Positions 30,717-41,078 of a stretch of 64,000 nt of DNA are shown piece after piece; the stretch's first letter is position 1, and each line of letters opens with the position of its first letter. The notes under the pieces are model-generated. The model was not told where the DNA came from. It saw only the letters and a program-made list of their open reading frames with translations, and did no database searches. The DNA comes from a virus (lineage: Duplodnaviria; Heunggongvirae; Uroviricota; Caudoviricetes), in IMG/VR virus record IMGVR_UViG_2923350032_000001, positions 750 to 64,749 of that record. One strand, given 5' to 3'. A program made the position numbers and the translations under genes.

Positions 30717-31226
30717 TTAATCCCACTCAATCCAGTTGTAGACGATACGAAGTGACGGGCGCACAGCGGCAGTCACATCTTCGGTACTAAAGTCGATTGC
30801 ATCACTGTAGATTTTGCAGTCCAACATTTCAATTGTTGTAGCAGCTTTTGTCACAGCGTTAACCCCGGAAGATTTGGATTCAGGGGTAGCAGCCATCGTG
30901 ATATCAACATAGTCCTTCGCCGCAATGCGATCTTTAATGAACTGAAGAATATCGCCTTCGATAGTCTCCACGCACTGGACCTGGATTTCCCCAGAGTTTC
31001 GAATTGGACCGTGCTGGTTGAACTTCACACCATTCGGACCATAGTCCTCCACATCCTCGCGGGTCATTTCAGGAATTTGCGACGTGCGAACCAGTACGCT
31101 GATATCTTCATGGCCTGCAAAAGTGAGCTGGAATTCAGAAGATACCAGTCGTTCGCCTTTGGCCGCGTTGGCAGTATAGCGGCCCTTAATAAATTTACGG
31201 TTTCCCTTAGTGTTATTGTGCCCCAT
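30717..31226 (-). CDS. phage structural-cluster protein, tail tube-sized
   Basis: 169-aa ORF in a co-directional cluster with the sheath-sized gene. Confidence 0.35.
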   Translation of the reverse strand: MGHNNTKGNRKFIKGRYTANAAKGERLVSSEFQLTFAGHEDISVLVRTSQIPEMTREDVEDYGPNGVKFNQHGPIRNSGEIQVQCVETIEGDILQFIKDRIAAKDYVDITMAATPESKSSGVNAVTKAATTIEMLDCKIYSDAIDFSTEDVTAAVRPSLRIVYNWIEWD

Positions 31227-31237
31227 ATAAAATCCTT

Positions 31238-31819
31238 TTACTGGAACGCCCGAACAATATCGGAGCTGTTATATATCGAAGAACCGGTCAACTGGAGGTT
31301 GACGGTGTTTTTCAGGAAATGCCCATTGCTGTCCCTGGGCGCATCGAGATCGAAACTTATGTCCTGGATAGCGACATCAATGATGTTGATCCGGCGACCA
31401 ATGTTTAGCGTCACGCGCTCCGGGATTCGACCACCAATACTGGCATCTTTAAGTTCCGGGCTAATCATCGCTGACAATGCGGCGATAGCTCCTGAAACCT
31501 CCGTGAATGGGTCAAACAAAGCGATGAAAGTTACTGGCAGCGTGAAAGTCGGCGGTGTTCCCCCTTCCCAAACCATTAAGCTGTTCCAACGGGCAACCGA
31601 CGTTGTTTCAGTACCAACCTGCGCAAAACCACTGAAGGCACCAGCAACAGATCCCATGGACATACCGGTAAACGGCGCTTCCCAATTCTGGGCCATGTTC
31701 ATTGCCGCCCCCTGGCTGATATATCCGGTAACCTGGTACTGAGAGTTCGTTAAAGTAACTTTCAGAAATGGCGATACACCGTCAGCCTGGCTGTAAACCC
31801 CATAAGGTATAGGTGCCAT
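31238..31819 (-). CDS. phage structural-cluster hypothetical protein
   Basis: 193-aa ORF, tight spacing within the minus-strand cluster. Confidence 0.4.
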   Translation of the reverse strand: MAPIPYGVYSQADGVSPFLKVTLTNSQYQVTGYISQGAAMNMAQNWEAPFTGMSMGSVAGAFSGFAQVGTETTSVARWNSLMVWEGGTPPTFTLPVTFIALFDPFTEVSGAIAALSAMISPELKDASIGGRIPERVTLNIGRRINIIDVAIQDISFDLDAPRDSNGHFLKNTVNLQLTGSSIYNSSDIVRAFQ

Positions 31820-31854
31820 TCAAGTTAAAGGCCGGAGTTCTCCGGCCTCCTCCT

Positions 31855-32670
31855 TTAGCCAAGGCGCTTACGGCGCAGTTTCATTGACTTTTTGCGGGCA
31901 AGTTTTGCCGCGCCGGTCTGGGCTTTTCGACGCGCTTTTTTCAGCGCCGATTTTTGAGCCGCAGTCAGACGTTTTTTACGCAGGCGTTTACGGATGAGTT
32001 TGATCTCACCGTTACGAACAACCTTCTTAAATGCTTCAGTCAGCATTTCATCAGAAGTGCCAGCAACAACAAACGCCGCTTCCAGTTCGTCACGGTCGTC
32101 GCTATCTAAACCAGCGATAGAGGCACCAACATCAGCAGCTGCGTCGTCGTCTTCATCATCAGCCAGTGCTTCGATCAGGTCATCATCTACACCGCATGCT
32201 GCGAGGAAGTCAGCAACATTTGCCCATGCTTCGTTATAGGCATCGTCCTGTTCTTCTGTAACTTCGGAGTCGTCGTCATCAGAGATACCAGCGATAGCCT
32301 GAACGAAACCATCAAGGGAGTCGAAAGTCAGATCACCGCTATCAGCCCAGGCGAAAACGGCGTCGGCCGCATCACTCAACGCATTCTGCATAGCACTTCG
32401 ATTTGCAGCTTCCAGAATCATCTGGTGCGCCTGTTCGACGGTCCATTCTTTACCGTCTTTCCCTTCCAGGATTTGCTCAGGAGCCGGGGCAGATGGAACG
32501 TTATCGTTAGTCTGTGCCGCCGGTTCCGGATTATTATTAATAACCGGGTCTGTTGGCGGTTCGGCGCTTGCTCGGGCAGACTCCATCAGCTGCACAGGAT
32601 CAGAGTTCAAAGCGAAACGAGACAGTCCATTCCCCAAAAATGCCCCGGATTGAAAAAAGTTTTTGCTCAT
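31855..32670 (-). CDS. highly acidic protein with basic C-terminal tail
   Basis: 271-aa ORF with D/E-rich runs and a K/R-rich C-terminus. Confidence 0.4.
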   Translation of the reverse strand: MSKNFFQSGAFLGNGLSRFALNSDPVQLMESARASAEPPTDPVINNNPEPAAQTNDNVPSAPAPEQILEGKDGKEWTVEQAHQMILEAANRSAMQNALSDAADAVFAWADSGDLTFDSLDGFVQAIAGISDDDDSEVTEEQDDAYNEAWANVADFLAACGVDDDLIEALADDEDDDAAADVGASIAGLDSDDRDELEAAFVVAGTSDEMLTEAFKKVVRNGEIKLIRKRLRKKRLTAAQKSALKKARRKAQTGAAKLARKKSMKLRRKRLG

Positions 32671-32679
32671 TGTATTCCC

Positions 32680-34269
32680 TTACTTAATAAGCAGCGGTAC
32701 GCCCTGGATACGACGGGCTACGCCAGTCGGGCAGCAGGCCCAGACTACTTCCCATTTATCGAATTCCGCCTGCGTAACTTTCAGCACATACGGTTCTGTA
32801 CCGTCAGCATCAGGATCACGAGGAGCCACCAGAGCGCCGGAGGCGACAAAGCGATCCAAAAGTTTGGTCATCCCTTTAGTCAGACCAGCGGCAGTAATAC
32901 CGTCAGGGCTATGCTTCATCTGGCGGGCTAACTGGACAAAGAAACGGCTGATTGCATTCATCAGGGATGGGACGTGCTGGAAGTGCAGATAGTTATCCTG
33001 CGTGCAGCAAGTTAAAGCATCGTCGATGATCATCTGGCCAGAGGTGCCAACAGATACTTTATTGAGGCGGCCCTTAACCATTGCTTCTTCGTCCGGGGTA
33101 TCTTCCGGATACAGCGGTTGAATTGACGCACGAGCAATGACGGCACGTTCTTCACCAGCCGGTGAGTAATGCCAACCGCCGACATCAGAGTTTTTCTTGA
33201 CGCCACGAGCTTTCGCCGCATACGCCGCGCCAGACAGACCGAAGACCACACGGGATTGGGTCCATTTGTCTTTGCAGGAGAACGGGAAGTGATAGACAGC
33301 ACAGCTTACATAATCGGTACCAAATAAACCGGTATCTTCAACAGCAGAGAGCGCTTCCGTATACGTCAATGTCGGTTTGACATCAAAGAAGCCATCAATC
33401 AGGCGATCAGAACAAATATTACCTAACGCGGTGATCGCCGCATTGTCATAGCAACCCAGGCCGAGAACAGCGGTGTACATGTACGGCGCATTGTTCAGCA
33501 CTTTCACCGCACGCAGGTACGCAGCGGTTGAGATTTTCGACTGATCACCGTTGGTACCACCAGTGAACGCCAACGATTTTTTATTTGTTACTTTCGCCGT
33601 CGAAATCAGCTCTTCATTAACAACCGCGCGCAGATATTTAGAACGGGCTTCCAGAGCCGTAGGCAGATAACACAAGCGGCCCATGTCATCTTTCGCTTCT
33701 TCCGCCAAAGACACAGTGTGTGTCTCCAGGGTCGTTACCACGCCGAGCGAAGTCGTCTGGGTAAGTTTTAAGAGGAAGCGTTCATTACCCGCGCTGTCCG
33801 CTGTTGCCGTTTCGATGGTTAACTCACGGGTAGGTGAAATACACGGATCACCATCATCAACGTAGATAGCAAAGGCTTCGCCACTATCAAGTTCAATTTC
33901 AGAACCGTATGGCAACGCACTGTAAGCCGGTTCGCCTGATTCATCGAACATAATAATCGGGAACTTCGCATCATCCGGAACAGCACGAACAACATAACCT
34001 GACGTTTGCTGAATAGCTTCGTATACATGGCGAATTGGTTCGAACTGTGAGCCGGAAGACGGCTTCAGCGGTTCGCCGAGAACATCTTCGTAATTGGACT
34101 CAGTAACCGCAAGAACAGTAAACGGCTTGCCACGCGCAAATACGCCAATACCAGCCCACAAGCTGCTATTTAATGCAACACCGGTAGATAACGTCGCATC
34201 GGCATTGATCGGGCTAACCGCGACGCCGGATGCATTACCTAATGACTGTTGAATTGAATATTGAGACAT
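32680..34269 (-). CDS. putative tail sheath-like protein
   Basis: 529-aa ORF; size and position in the cluster next to the par region, as for P1 gene 22. Confidence 0.4.
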   Translation of the reverse strand: MSQYSIQQSLGNASGVAVSPINADATLSTGVALNSSLWAGIGVFARGKPFTVLAVTESNYEDVLGEPLKPSSGSQFEPIRHVYEAIQQTSGYVVRAVPDDAKFPIIMFDESGEPAYSALPYGSEIELDSGEAFAIYVDDGDPCISPTRELTIETATADSAGNERFLLKLTQTTSLGVVTTLETHTVSLAEEAKDDMGRLCYLPTALEARSKYLRAVVNEELISTAKVTNKKSLAFTGGTNGDQSKISTAAYLRAVKVLNNAPYMYTAVLGLGCYDNAAITALGNICSDRLIDGFFDVKPTLTYTEALSAVEDTGLFGTDYVSCAVYHFPFSCKDKWTQSRVVFGLSGAAYAAKARGVKKNSDVGGWHYSPAGEERAVIARASIQPLYPEDTPDEEAMVKGRLNKVSVGTSGQMIIDDALTCCTQDNYLHFQHVPSLMNAISRFFVQLARQMKHSPDGITAAGLTKGMTKLLDRFVASGALVAPRDPDADGTEPYVLKVTQAEFDKWEVVWACCPTGVARRIQGVPLLIK

Positions 34270-34329
34270 AACTTTCCCTGTTATGCGCCCCGCACGGGGG
34301 CGCTATGTTAAACGGAGAACTTCCCCTGA

Positions 34330-36057
34330 TTACTCAGAGTCACCGGCATCAATCGTGTCGCCGCTAATGAAGTTAAGCCCGCCTTTTTTGGCCATTGTCA
34401 GCGTTACACGAGTGAAGTAATCAGCGCCGTTGCGTGGGTGCATATCGTTGATAGCCGAACCCCACAGTGTGGTACGGTTGACCAGCGCCGGAGTGGTCGG
34501 ATGCTGGAACGGGATAGCCGGGACAGCATCACCAGTCACGAAGCCTGCTTTACCCGGATTTTCATCACGGACGTAGCACAGCACATCCATCGAGCTGAAC
34601 TGAATGTTCTCTGTCGTTAAGTTCTTACAAATACCAGCAGGTACTTCGTACACTTTCACGTTACCGAACAGGGTACCGATGTAGTGAACATACGGAGTCT
34701 GGATATAGTCTTCGGCTGGCTGGAAGAAATCCTTCGGCAACTGTTTGAAGAAAGATGCTGCATCAGCACCAGCAAACATCCCCATCGCACCAGAAGATTT
34801 AACGCGCTCAATAATGTCGCGATATACAGTCTGGAATTTGCCACGAATGATGGTTGCCCATACATCAAAGGACTGGTTAACCGGCAGAGCGATGTCAAAG
34901 GTGTCGGTCGCAAGAGTACGCCAGATCATGATGCGAAGACGCAGCATATCCTGTTCATGAGACAGGTATTCCTTCAGGGTGCGGAACTGTAGGGAACCCA
35001 GGTCCAGACCAAATTCACGCTGTGCTTCATACGCCGCCTGTACCGTGTGCTCAGCCGCGATAACGAACTGGCTTGGGAACAGGGTGTATTTCTTCATTTC
35101 GTGGTTGATCAGCGGGATCAGCTCAGGAGCGGCTTCAATATTGATTTCCGTCTCAATTGCGATCTCAGTGCCTTTATCCGGCGCTTTGGAGAACGACAGG
35201 GCAATCTGACCAATGTTGTAGTTCAGAGAGCAGGTAACAGTGATTTGCTCACCAGCAGCATTAGTAAACGAGTGAAGTAGGCTGCCGGAACCGTTATCAA
35301 CAACAGACTTAATACGGTTAACGTAGATATTAGTGCGACCTTTTCGGATTGGTACATTCTGGCCTTCGAAGTCTTCCATCTTGAAGGTTGCGGTTTTGCT
35401 GGTGCCATCGGAGCTTGCCACCAGCACATAGCGGCGGCGTAACTGGCTGTACACACCGACGGATTGCATGTCCAGAACATCACCAGCAGCATAAGAACCA
35501 AAAGAGGAACCTGCCACGTTAAAGACTTCATAGATGTCGGACTGGTCACGCGTAACCGGAATGAAGGTACACGCATCAGCGGTAGCTGCCCCCAACTGAA
35601 CAGGCAGGATCATCGCGAGGAATAAAGGCAGACGCATAACACCGTCAGAAACGCTCATCATCTCTGCTGCAACGGATTCCAGCATCGCTTTATTAGTGGC
35701 ATCCATGCTATTGCGGGTGGACTCAATCAGGCAGTTTTCCAGCGTCTGGTGGCAGGAGGCCAGAATTTCCGGACGCGGCATAGATTTATGTGCTGCGGCG
35801 TAGTCAGCCAGTGCACTTGCCCACGCTGTAGCGATTTGAGCGGTGGCATTATCAGAGATACCCGCAAAAACCGGGTCTTTACGTGCAGCTTCAAGGATAG
35901 ATGCGGCACGCGCGGCATCATCTTTAATGAATTGGTTATCAGTACCGAACTGCGCAGTGCTTGCCCAGCCAAGCACAGCTTTAGAGCGTTTTGCGATATC
36001 TGCAATACGATTCTGGTATTCGCGTAAGTTACTCAATTTACTCTTCCTTAAACACAA
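34330..36057 (-). CDS. phage structural protein (candidate major head protein by position)
   Basis: 575-aa ORF between parS and the sheath-like gene. Confidence 0.35.
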   Translation of the reverse strand: MCLRKSKLSNLREYQNRIADIAKRSKAVLGWASTAQFGTDNQFIKDDAARAASILEAARKDPVFAGISDNATAQIATAWASALADYAAAHKSMPRPEILASCHQTLENCLIESTRNSMDATNKAMLESVAAEMMSVSDGVMRLPLFLAMILPVQLGAATADACTFIPVTRDQSDIYEVFNVAGSSFGSYAAGDVLDMQSVGVYSQLRRRYVLVASSDGTSKTATFKMEDFEGQNVPIRKGRTNIYVNRIKSVVDNGSGSLLHSFTNAAGEQITVTCSLNYNIGQIALSFSKAPDKGTEIAIETEINIEAAPELIPLINHEMKKYTLFPSQFVIAAEHTVQAAYEAQREFGLDLGSLQFRTLKEYLSHEQDMLRLRIMIWRTLATDTFDIALPVNQSFDVWATIIRGKFQTVYRDIIERVKSSGAMGMFAGADAASFFKQLPKDFFQPAEDYIQTPYVHYIGTLFGNVKVYEVPAGICKNLTTENIQFSSMDVLCYVRDENPGKAGFVTGDAVPAIPFQHPTTPALVNRTTLWGSAINDMHPRNGADYFTRVTLTMAKKGGLNFISGDTIDAGDSE

Positions 36058-36059
36058 GG

Positions 36060-36300
36060 CACTTGTGTGAATCCCTTTTCGGAAGAGATTTTATTGAAAG
36101 TCACTTGTTGACTTTCTCGCTAAAAGTAATTTTTTAAATTTTTTGTGCGGGGGAGGGGGCAAGTAAAATAGGCGTGAAACCGTGGGAATTTCAGTCTGAA
36201 ATTTTTCTAAAAAACATATATAAATCATAATGTTAATAATGAAATCGGTGCGGGACATTTTAGGCAGGGGAGGGGCTAACGCCACCTCCCACCAGCAGGT
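36060..36300 (-). other. parS-like partition centromere region downstream of parB
   Basis: AT-rich segment with TTTCAC-type heptamers and G-rich boxes; not mapped in detail. Confidence 0.35.
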
Positions 36301-37266
36301 TTATTTTCCTGCGGACATTTTCTCAATGATTTTTTTTATTGCTTCGTCAATTTCAGTTTGCACTTCAGATGGGAGTCTGGAGAACTCGTAGGCGACTACC
36401 CGTTTTTTCGGATCGGTCTTCTTTCGTGCGTACTGGCGTCGGTCAGAGAAATCTCGCAGCTTCTCTACCACTACAGATTTAACCGGCGCAGGTTTCAGGC
36501 TTTTGCTTTCCGCTTTGAAGATAGCCAGTATCTTCGCTTTATCCTCTTTCGCGCCCTCAGTCTCTGCAATTCGCTCGCGCACCGTATCAACCAGTTCTCC
36601 AATCGGTACGTTTTTAGCGTTAGCATCTTCGGAGATCTGGAGCAGCAACTGGTAATCAGGCAGGGCGAGATCGCTGGCAACAGGGAAGACAGCAATCATC
36701 TCATCCGGCACCGCCGCAGCCTGGAAAGCTCGCGTCACTTTAGCCTTTGAGATGTTCTCAGCTCGGGCGATCTCTTCTTTGGTCATATTCTTGCCGTACA
36801 TAACCTCGAAGCGTTTACCCAGCTCGCGCAGGGTGTGTTCGCGGGCTGTCTGGATATCAATGGCCAGCTGGCGGGCATCTGCCAAGCTGATCTCATCTTT
36901 CGTCACCAGAATCTCAAATTTCGTTTCATTGAAGATACACGCAGCGCGGCGACGTGATCCGTCCAATACCTCAATGCGCTCCCCAACCATACGGCCGATA
37001 GCCGGGAAGAACTGTTGCAATTTAATGGTGCGGGAAATATCGCTTACCGACTCAGGGGTGAGCAGAGACTGATCGCGGCCGTTAACTGCCGGGTCAACGA
37101 ACGTGCGCGACTCAATCTCACCACTCAGCACAACGGTAAGCAAAAATTTAGCCTGGCGGCCAGATTTTAGGGTAAAGGTTTTGGTGCCTTCACTGCCTTC
37201 AAGCATGCGAGCAAACTCGGAGCTATTCTTGCCCAGCACTCGTCCACGGGAAACTATTTTTTTCAT
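36301..37266 (-). CDS. parB: ParB partition protein (P1 ParB family, diverged N-terminus)
   Basis: 321-aa ORF with ParB box (ILDGSRRRAA), overlapping parA stop. Confidence 0.85.
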   Translation of the reverse strand: MKKIVSRGRVLGKNSSEFARMLEGSEGTKTFTLKSGRQAKFLLTVVLSGEIESRTFVDPAVNGRDQSLLTPESVSDISRTIKLQQFFPAIGRMVGERIEVLDGSRRRAACIFNETKFEILVTKDEISLADARQLAIDIQTAREHTLRELGKRFEVMYGKNMTKEEIARAENISKAKVTRAFQAAAVPDEMIAVFPVASDLALPDYQLLLQISEDANAKNVPIGELVDTVRERIAETEGAKEDKAKILAIFKAESKSLKPAPVKSVVVEKLRDFSDRRQYARKKTDPKKRVVAYEFSRLPSEVQTEIDEAIKKIIEKMSAGK

Positions 37267-38474
37267 GCCGCCTCACCCCTAACAAACTCAATTCGATCAA
37301 ACACAGCCTTAGTGAAACGCTCGGCCTCGGTTCGTGCCTTCTTCAGCGCCTCTGCACTGCCTGGATACGATTGCGGGTTGGCACTGATTACGGTGTCGAA
37401 AGACTCGCCGCATCGCTCAAATCCATCCAGACGAGGCAGAGAAGAGTCCAGAATGTTGCTGGCGTAAACCTCACGCGCAAGGCTGTGTGATGTCTCGTGA
37501 TCGCGCTTGCCGGTCATCTTCGACATAAAACCAATGCTGGCGCTTAAACGCGGTTCTACGCCTTCCTCCTCCAGTTGCTCCAGCATTTCTGGCAGACGGG
37601 TGAGATATTTCAGTGTTGAGTGGAAGTCAACCTGGGCTGGTGGGGTAGGGGTAAGCAGCAAATCGCTGGCCGCCAGACCGTTGAGCAGGAACGGATCCAG
37701 GTGTGGACCGGTATCAATAAAGATAAAGTCATAATCATCCGCAACACGATCAATGATATTGCGGCGAAGGATTTCGTACTGATTTTGTCCGGGAAGATGC
37801 TCTTCAACCAGCTCTTTCCATTGGCTGGCAACAAAGCCATCGTCGATAGAGGCTGGAATCACGTCTACGCCAGGAACGATGGTCGGACGAATCACCTCTT
37901 TGCGTAGCGTCTCCGCGTCCAGGTCGTTCAGCATCGCCTGCGCGGCGGTTTCCAGGATGGAACCAATACTGTGAGTATGGTCGAGGAACATTGTGCTGGA
38001 TGCCTGAGGGTCAAGGTCAATTACCAGAATGCGCAGATCGTGACGCAGTAAATCCTGATGCACACGCAGAGCGTGCGCCAACGTGACTGTGGAAACCGTT
38101 TTGGATACGCCACCCTTCAGGTTTACGACAAAAATAACGTAAGGCGATTTGTGAATGTCGCGATATTTGGGGATCTTACGGTGGGCATAGATATCAATGA
38201 CGTTCTGGATGGTCAGCGCGTACTGTTCAACGTTACCGACCTGTTTCTTGTTGAACTGGTACCCATCATCTTCCATCTCTTTGATGGCCTGCTCCACAAT
38301 GCGGCGGCTCAGCTTCGGCAACTTTGCCACAGCGTTACGAGTGAACGTCTGATAATACTCGGTCTGATTGAACTCTTTGCGCTGATCTTCAATATCCTGA
38401 CTCATGGCCTTAAGTAATGCGCTTGCACGAAGAGCTATGGTGCCGACACCGCCGTAATCGCGTTTCATCATCAT
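37263..38474 (-). CDS. parA: ParA partition ATPase (type Ia, with N-terminal HTH extension)
   Basis: 403-aa ORF with deviant Walker A NLKGGVSKT. Confidence 0.9.
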   Translation of the reverse strand: MMMKRDYGGVGTIALRASALLKAMSQDIEDQRKEFNQTEYYQTFTRNAVAKLPKLSRRIVEQAIKEMEDDGYQFNKKQVGNVEQYALTIQNVIDIYAHRKIPKYRDIHKSPYVIFVVNLKGGVSKTVSTVTLAHALRVHQDLLRHDLRILVIDLDPQASSTMFLDHTHSIGSILETAAQAMLNDLDAETLRKEVIRPTIVPGVDVIPASIDDGFVASQWKELVEEHLPGQNQYEILRRNIIDRVADDYDFIFIDTGPHLDPFLLNGLAASDLLLTPTPPAQVDFHSTLKYLTRLPEMLEQLEEEGVEPRLSASIGFMSKMTGKRDHETSHSLAREVYASNILDSSLPRLDGFERCGESFDTVISANPQSYPGSAEALKKARTEAERFTKAVFDRIEFVRGEAA

Positions 38475-38582
38475 CTCCTTATCATTTCGTATGAGTGAAT
38501 TGTACGTTTGATTCTGCTACGTGCAACTTTTTTTGATTCGTGCGTCAATTATTGCACGTAAAGAAATGGCGATGAGGCTATT

Positions 38583-38870
38583 AGATGTGTGCTGGAGGGA
38601 TGATGCAGGACCAGAATGTGCGATAGAGGGAAGTCGCATTGAATTATGTGTTGTGGAGGGATCGCTTGTATCAAATATGTGTGCTGGAGGGAAAGACAGA
38701 GAATTACATGTGCACTGGAGGGAAAAACGGATGGACAGATGTGTGCTGGAGGGAAAGTCTGAGCAAACTGCGGGGCGTCCCCCTCCAGCGCACATCAAAA
38801 ACGGGAAATTGGACAAGCCTTCCCGGCAGCACACATTTTTTGAATGCAGCTGCCCTCCAGCACACACTTA
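38583..38870. repeat. incA iteron array (about nine 19-bp RepA-binding repeats in both orientations)
   Basis: repeated GATGTGTGCTGGAGGGA / TCCCTCCAGCACACAT units downstream of repA. Confidence 0.8.
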
Positions 38871-39728
38871 TTCGGGGAGTTTCAGCTTTGGATTGCGAGA
38901 ATGGACGATTACAAAACTTTCCCGGCCTTTCTTCTCAATTGAACAGTCGAGATAGCCGATTGTTTTAAGCTGTTCTATCGCTTTCTTAATGATACGGTTT
39001 TGCTCGCCAACAGCTGACTGCAAAGCCAGGCGCTCACGGATTCGGGCGAAAGATAGCGGCAACGGATTCTGCGGAAGGCTTTCGATGAAAGTGTAAATGG
39101 CTTGTGCAGCTTCTTTCTTCGGAAGGGCACGCAAGGCGTGGTGTTGCAACAGAACGCGATAATCAAGCTGGAACAGCTCCCACAGCTTCGAATCAGCCTC
39201 CAGCTCTATCAGATCAAGGTCAGCATCAAAACGACCGACCTTTAGCAGACCAGTCTGATAGCCGCCTTTAGCATCTTTTCCGCGCTTAAAAGCGATACCC
39301 TTGTTACGTAAGCGTCCAAGTGATTCATGAATGGTTAAACGCAGTTTCGCATCCAGACGTTTTGAGGGGAAACCACAGGCTTTAGCGAATTCCTGAAACG
39401 ATAACTGGATGGTGTTTGAGGACAAGCCGTATTTGCTGAACGCGTAGATGACACCGATCCACGTTTTGAAATCAGTATCCATATCGAGTCGAGGACCGGT
39501 GATTTTAATATCATCGTAACCCTCGGCTTTAGCTATCTCCAGCTGGGAAAACGCTTTGGTGGCATCAATCTCTTTACTTTCTCCTTTGCTCTTTGATGGC
39601 TTCGGCACGAATACCCCCAAGCGCATCAACGCTACAGGCTGCACAGTGTTGTTTGAATTAACTGTTAGTTCTTTTGCCTTACTTTCAATGTCTGCGTAAA
39701 GAATATCGGAGATAAATGATTGATTCAT
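38868..39728 (-). CDS. repA: RepA plasmid replication initiator
   Basis: 286-aa product MNQSFISDILYADIESKAKELTVNSNNTVQPVALMRLG... recognised as P1 RepA. Confidence 0.95.
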   Translation of the reverse strand: MNQSFISDILYADIESKAKELTVNSNNTVQPVALMRLGVFVPKPSKSKGESKEIDATKAFSQLEIAKAEGYDDIKITGPRLDMDTDFKTWIGVIYAFSKYGLSSNTIQLSFQEFAKACGFPSKRLDAKLRLTIHESLGRLRNKGIAFKRGKDAKGGYQTGLLKVGRFDADLDLIELEADSKLWELFQLDYRVLLQHHALRALPKKEAAQAIYTFIESLPQNPLPLSFARIRERLALQSAVGEQNRIIKKAIEQLKTIGYLDCSIEKKGRESFVIVHSRNPKLKLPE

Positions 39729-39774
39729 ATTACTTTTTCCGAATTGTGTGGATAGTTTTTATAAGTGGTGATAA

Positions 39775-40010
39775 CTACCCAGGCTTTCCCGTCAGCACAC
39801 ATCCTATATCCCGCCAGCACACATTAGCAACCCGTCAGCACACATTTTTATCCCTCCAGCACACATCGTTTTCCCTCCAGCACACATCGCGATACACTTC
39901 TAAGCCAGACGTGGCGCGGCCTGCAACGATCAGGGATCTATATGGATCTAATTGGGATCTATATGGACCTGATTATTGGATCTATCCAGTGGATAATGTG
40001 GATAAGTGAA
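39775..40010. other. oriR: five incC iterons (39780-39890), five GATC sites (39930-39985), tandem DnaA boxes TGTGGATAA (39988-40005)
   Basis: all elements read directly in sequence upstream of repA. Confidence 0.85.
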
Positions 40011-40046
40011 AAACCGGCCAACGTAGCCGGTTGGAAGGGAGTCGTA

Positions 40047-40439
40047 TTATTCTACGCTTTCGATGAGAAGACCATGTTCATAGCATTTAAGCTCATCGCC
40101 CTCGTACAGGAATTGGTATCCAATACCACCATATTCAGGCACATTAGGGAATAACTCATCACTTACCGAAGAACAAATCACACCAATGCAGCGATCAACG
40201 CCTTCTCGTTCTTCAGTGCTGAAAAAATCCTCTTCGGTAAGAACATGAGTACATTGCTCATCAGCATAGGTCAGAAATACATGCTCGATGCAATCCGGGT
40301 GTTTTAAACCAAGCTGATCGGCAAGCTCGAAAGCATGACGGTATTGTTCAGATCCTGGCTTGCCAACAGTGATTTGCTCAATTTTGTAGATTGAAGTCGT
40401 TTTGTTGATAGTTTGCTTTACTGTTACTTTATCAGACAT
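40047..40439 (-). CDS. hypothetical protein
   Basis: 130-aa ORF upstream of oriR. Confidence 0.4.
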   Translation of the reverse strand: MSDKVTVKQTINKTTSIYKIEQITVGKPGSEQYRHAFELADQLGLKHPDCIEHVFLTYADEQCTHVLTEEDFFSTEEREGVDRCIGVICSSVSDELFPNVPEYGGIGYQFLYEGDELKCYEHGLLIESVE

Positions 40440-40450
40440 AAAAATCCCTT

Positions 40451-40783
40451 TTAGTTACCGCTGATAGCGCGGTTGTAATCATTAACGTTGCGATTCTTCC
40501 TGTTAATCCCCATCAGCATCGTTTCTGTATCAAGGATATAGGCTGGCAGATCATCAAAATATTCACTGCTAAACTCTGGCATCCTGCACATAAATGCACT
40601 TTTGGGGGCAGGGTGATTAACCTTTGTCGGCGTCGGCGTTAAATTCGCTGATCGACTCCCGGAGCAACCGCTGAGTGTCAACAGGAATGCGCTGGCGAAC
40701 ACTACCCGACGCAACCAGTTGTTTCTGAACTTCAGCTTTTCGTTCCATTTGTCTGTCTGCATACTTCGCTTGTTCTGATTCAT
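40451..40783 (-). CDS. o-spanin-like outer-membrane lipoprotein (Rz1-like) overlapping the i-spanin gene in another frame
   Basis: lipobox LLTLSGCSG followed by a Pro-rich segment; out-of-frame overlap with 40617-41039. Confidence 0.4.
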   Translation of the reverse strand: MNQNKRSMQTDKWNEKLKFRNNWLRRVVFASAFLLTLSGCSGSRSANLTPTPTKVNHPAPKSAFMCRMPEFSSEYFDDLPAYILDTETMLMGINRKNRNVNDYNRAISGN

Positions 40784-41039
40784 TTTTCACTTCCTGGCTG
40801 TGAAAATGTTGATCCGCTTTATTCATCGTCTCAATGGTCTGGTTAAGATCAATGATTGACTTATCGCGCTCCTTAACAGCCTGATCAAGGCTGCCAATTT
40901 TTTCCAAGGCGTGCTTTAACTGATAACGTTCCCATGCAAACCCAGCACCAACAAGTGCGCAAATCAGGACAAGAACACCAGTAACAGCAAGTTTCTCCTT
41001 CAAAGACAAAGCTGTTTTTAACGTTGAAAAAAACGACAT
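40617..41039 (-). CDS. i-spanin-like protein (Rz-like): N-terminal TM helix plus coiled coil
   Basis: 140-aa ORF, hydrophobic residues 18-36, charged helical remainder. Confidence 0.45.
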   Translation of the reverse strand: MSFFSTLKTALSLKEKLAVTGVLVLICALVGAGFAWERYQLKHALEKIGSLDQAVKERDKSIIDLNQTIETMNKADQHFHSQEVKNESEQAKYADRQMERKAEVQKQLVASGSVRQRIPVDTQRLLRESISEFNADADKG

Positions 41040-41078
41040 TTCTTCCTCCTGAAGAAAAATTATCTGTGAAGTCCTTTG

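Noticed and set aside
38517-38968. ORFs 38521-38955, 38639-38968 and 38517-38867 covering the region downstream of repA
   Set aside because: This is the incA iteron array; the ORFs are repeat-derived and Cys/Gly-rich nonsense
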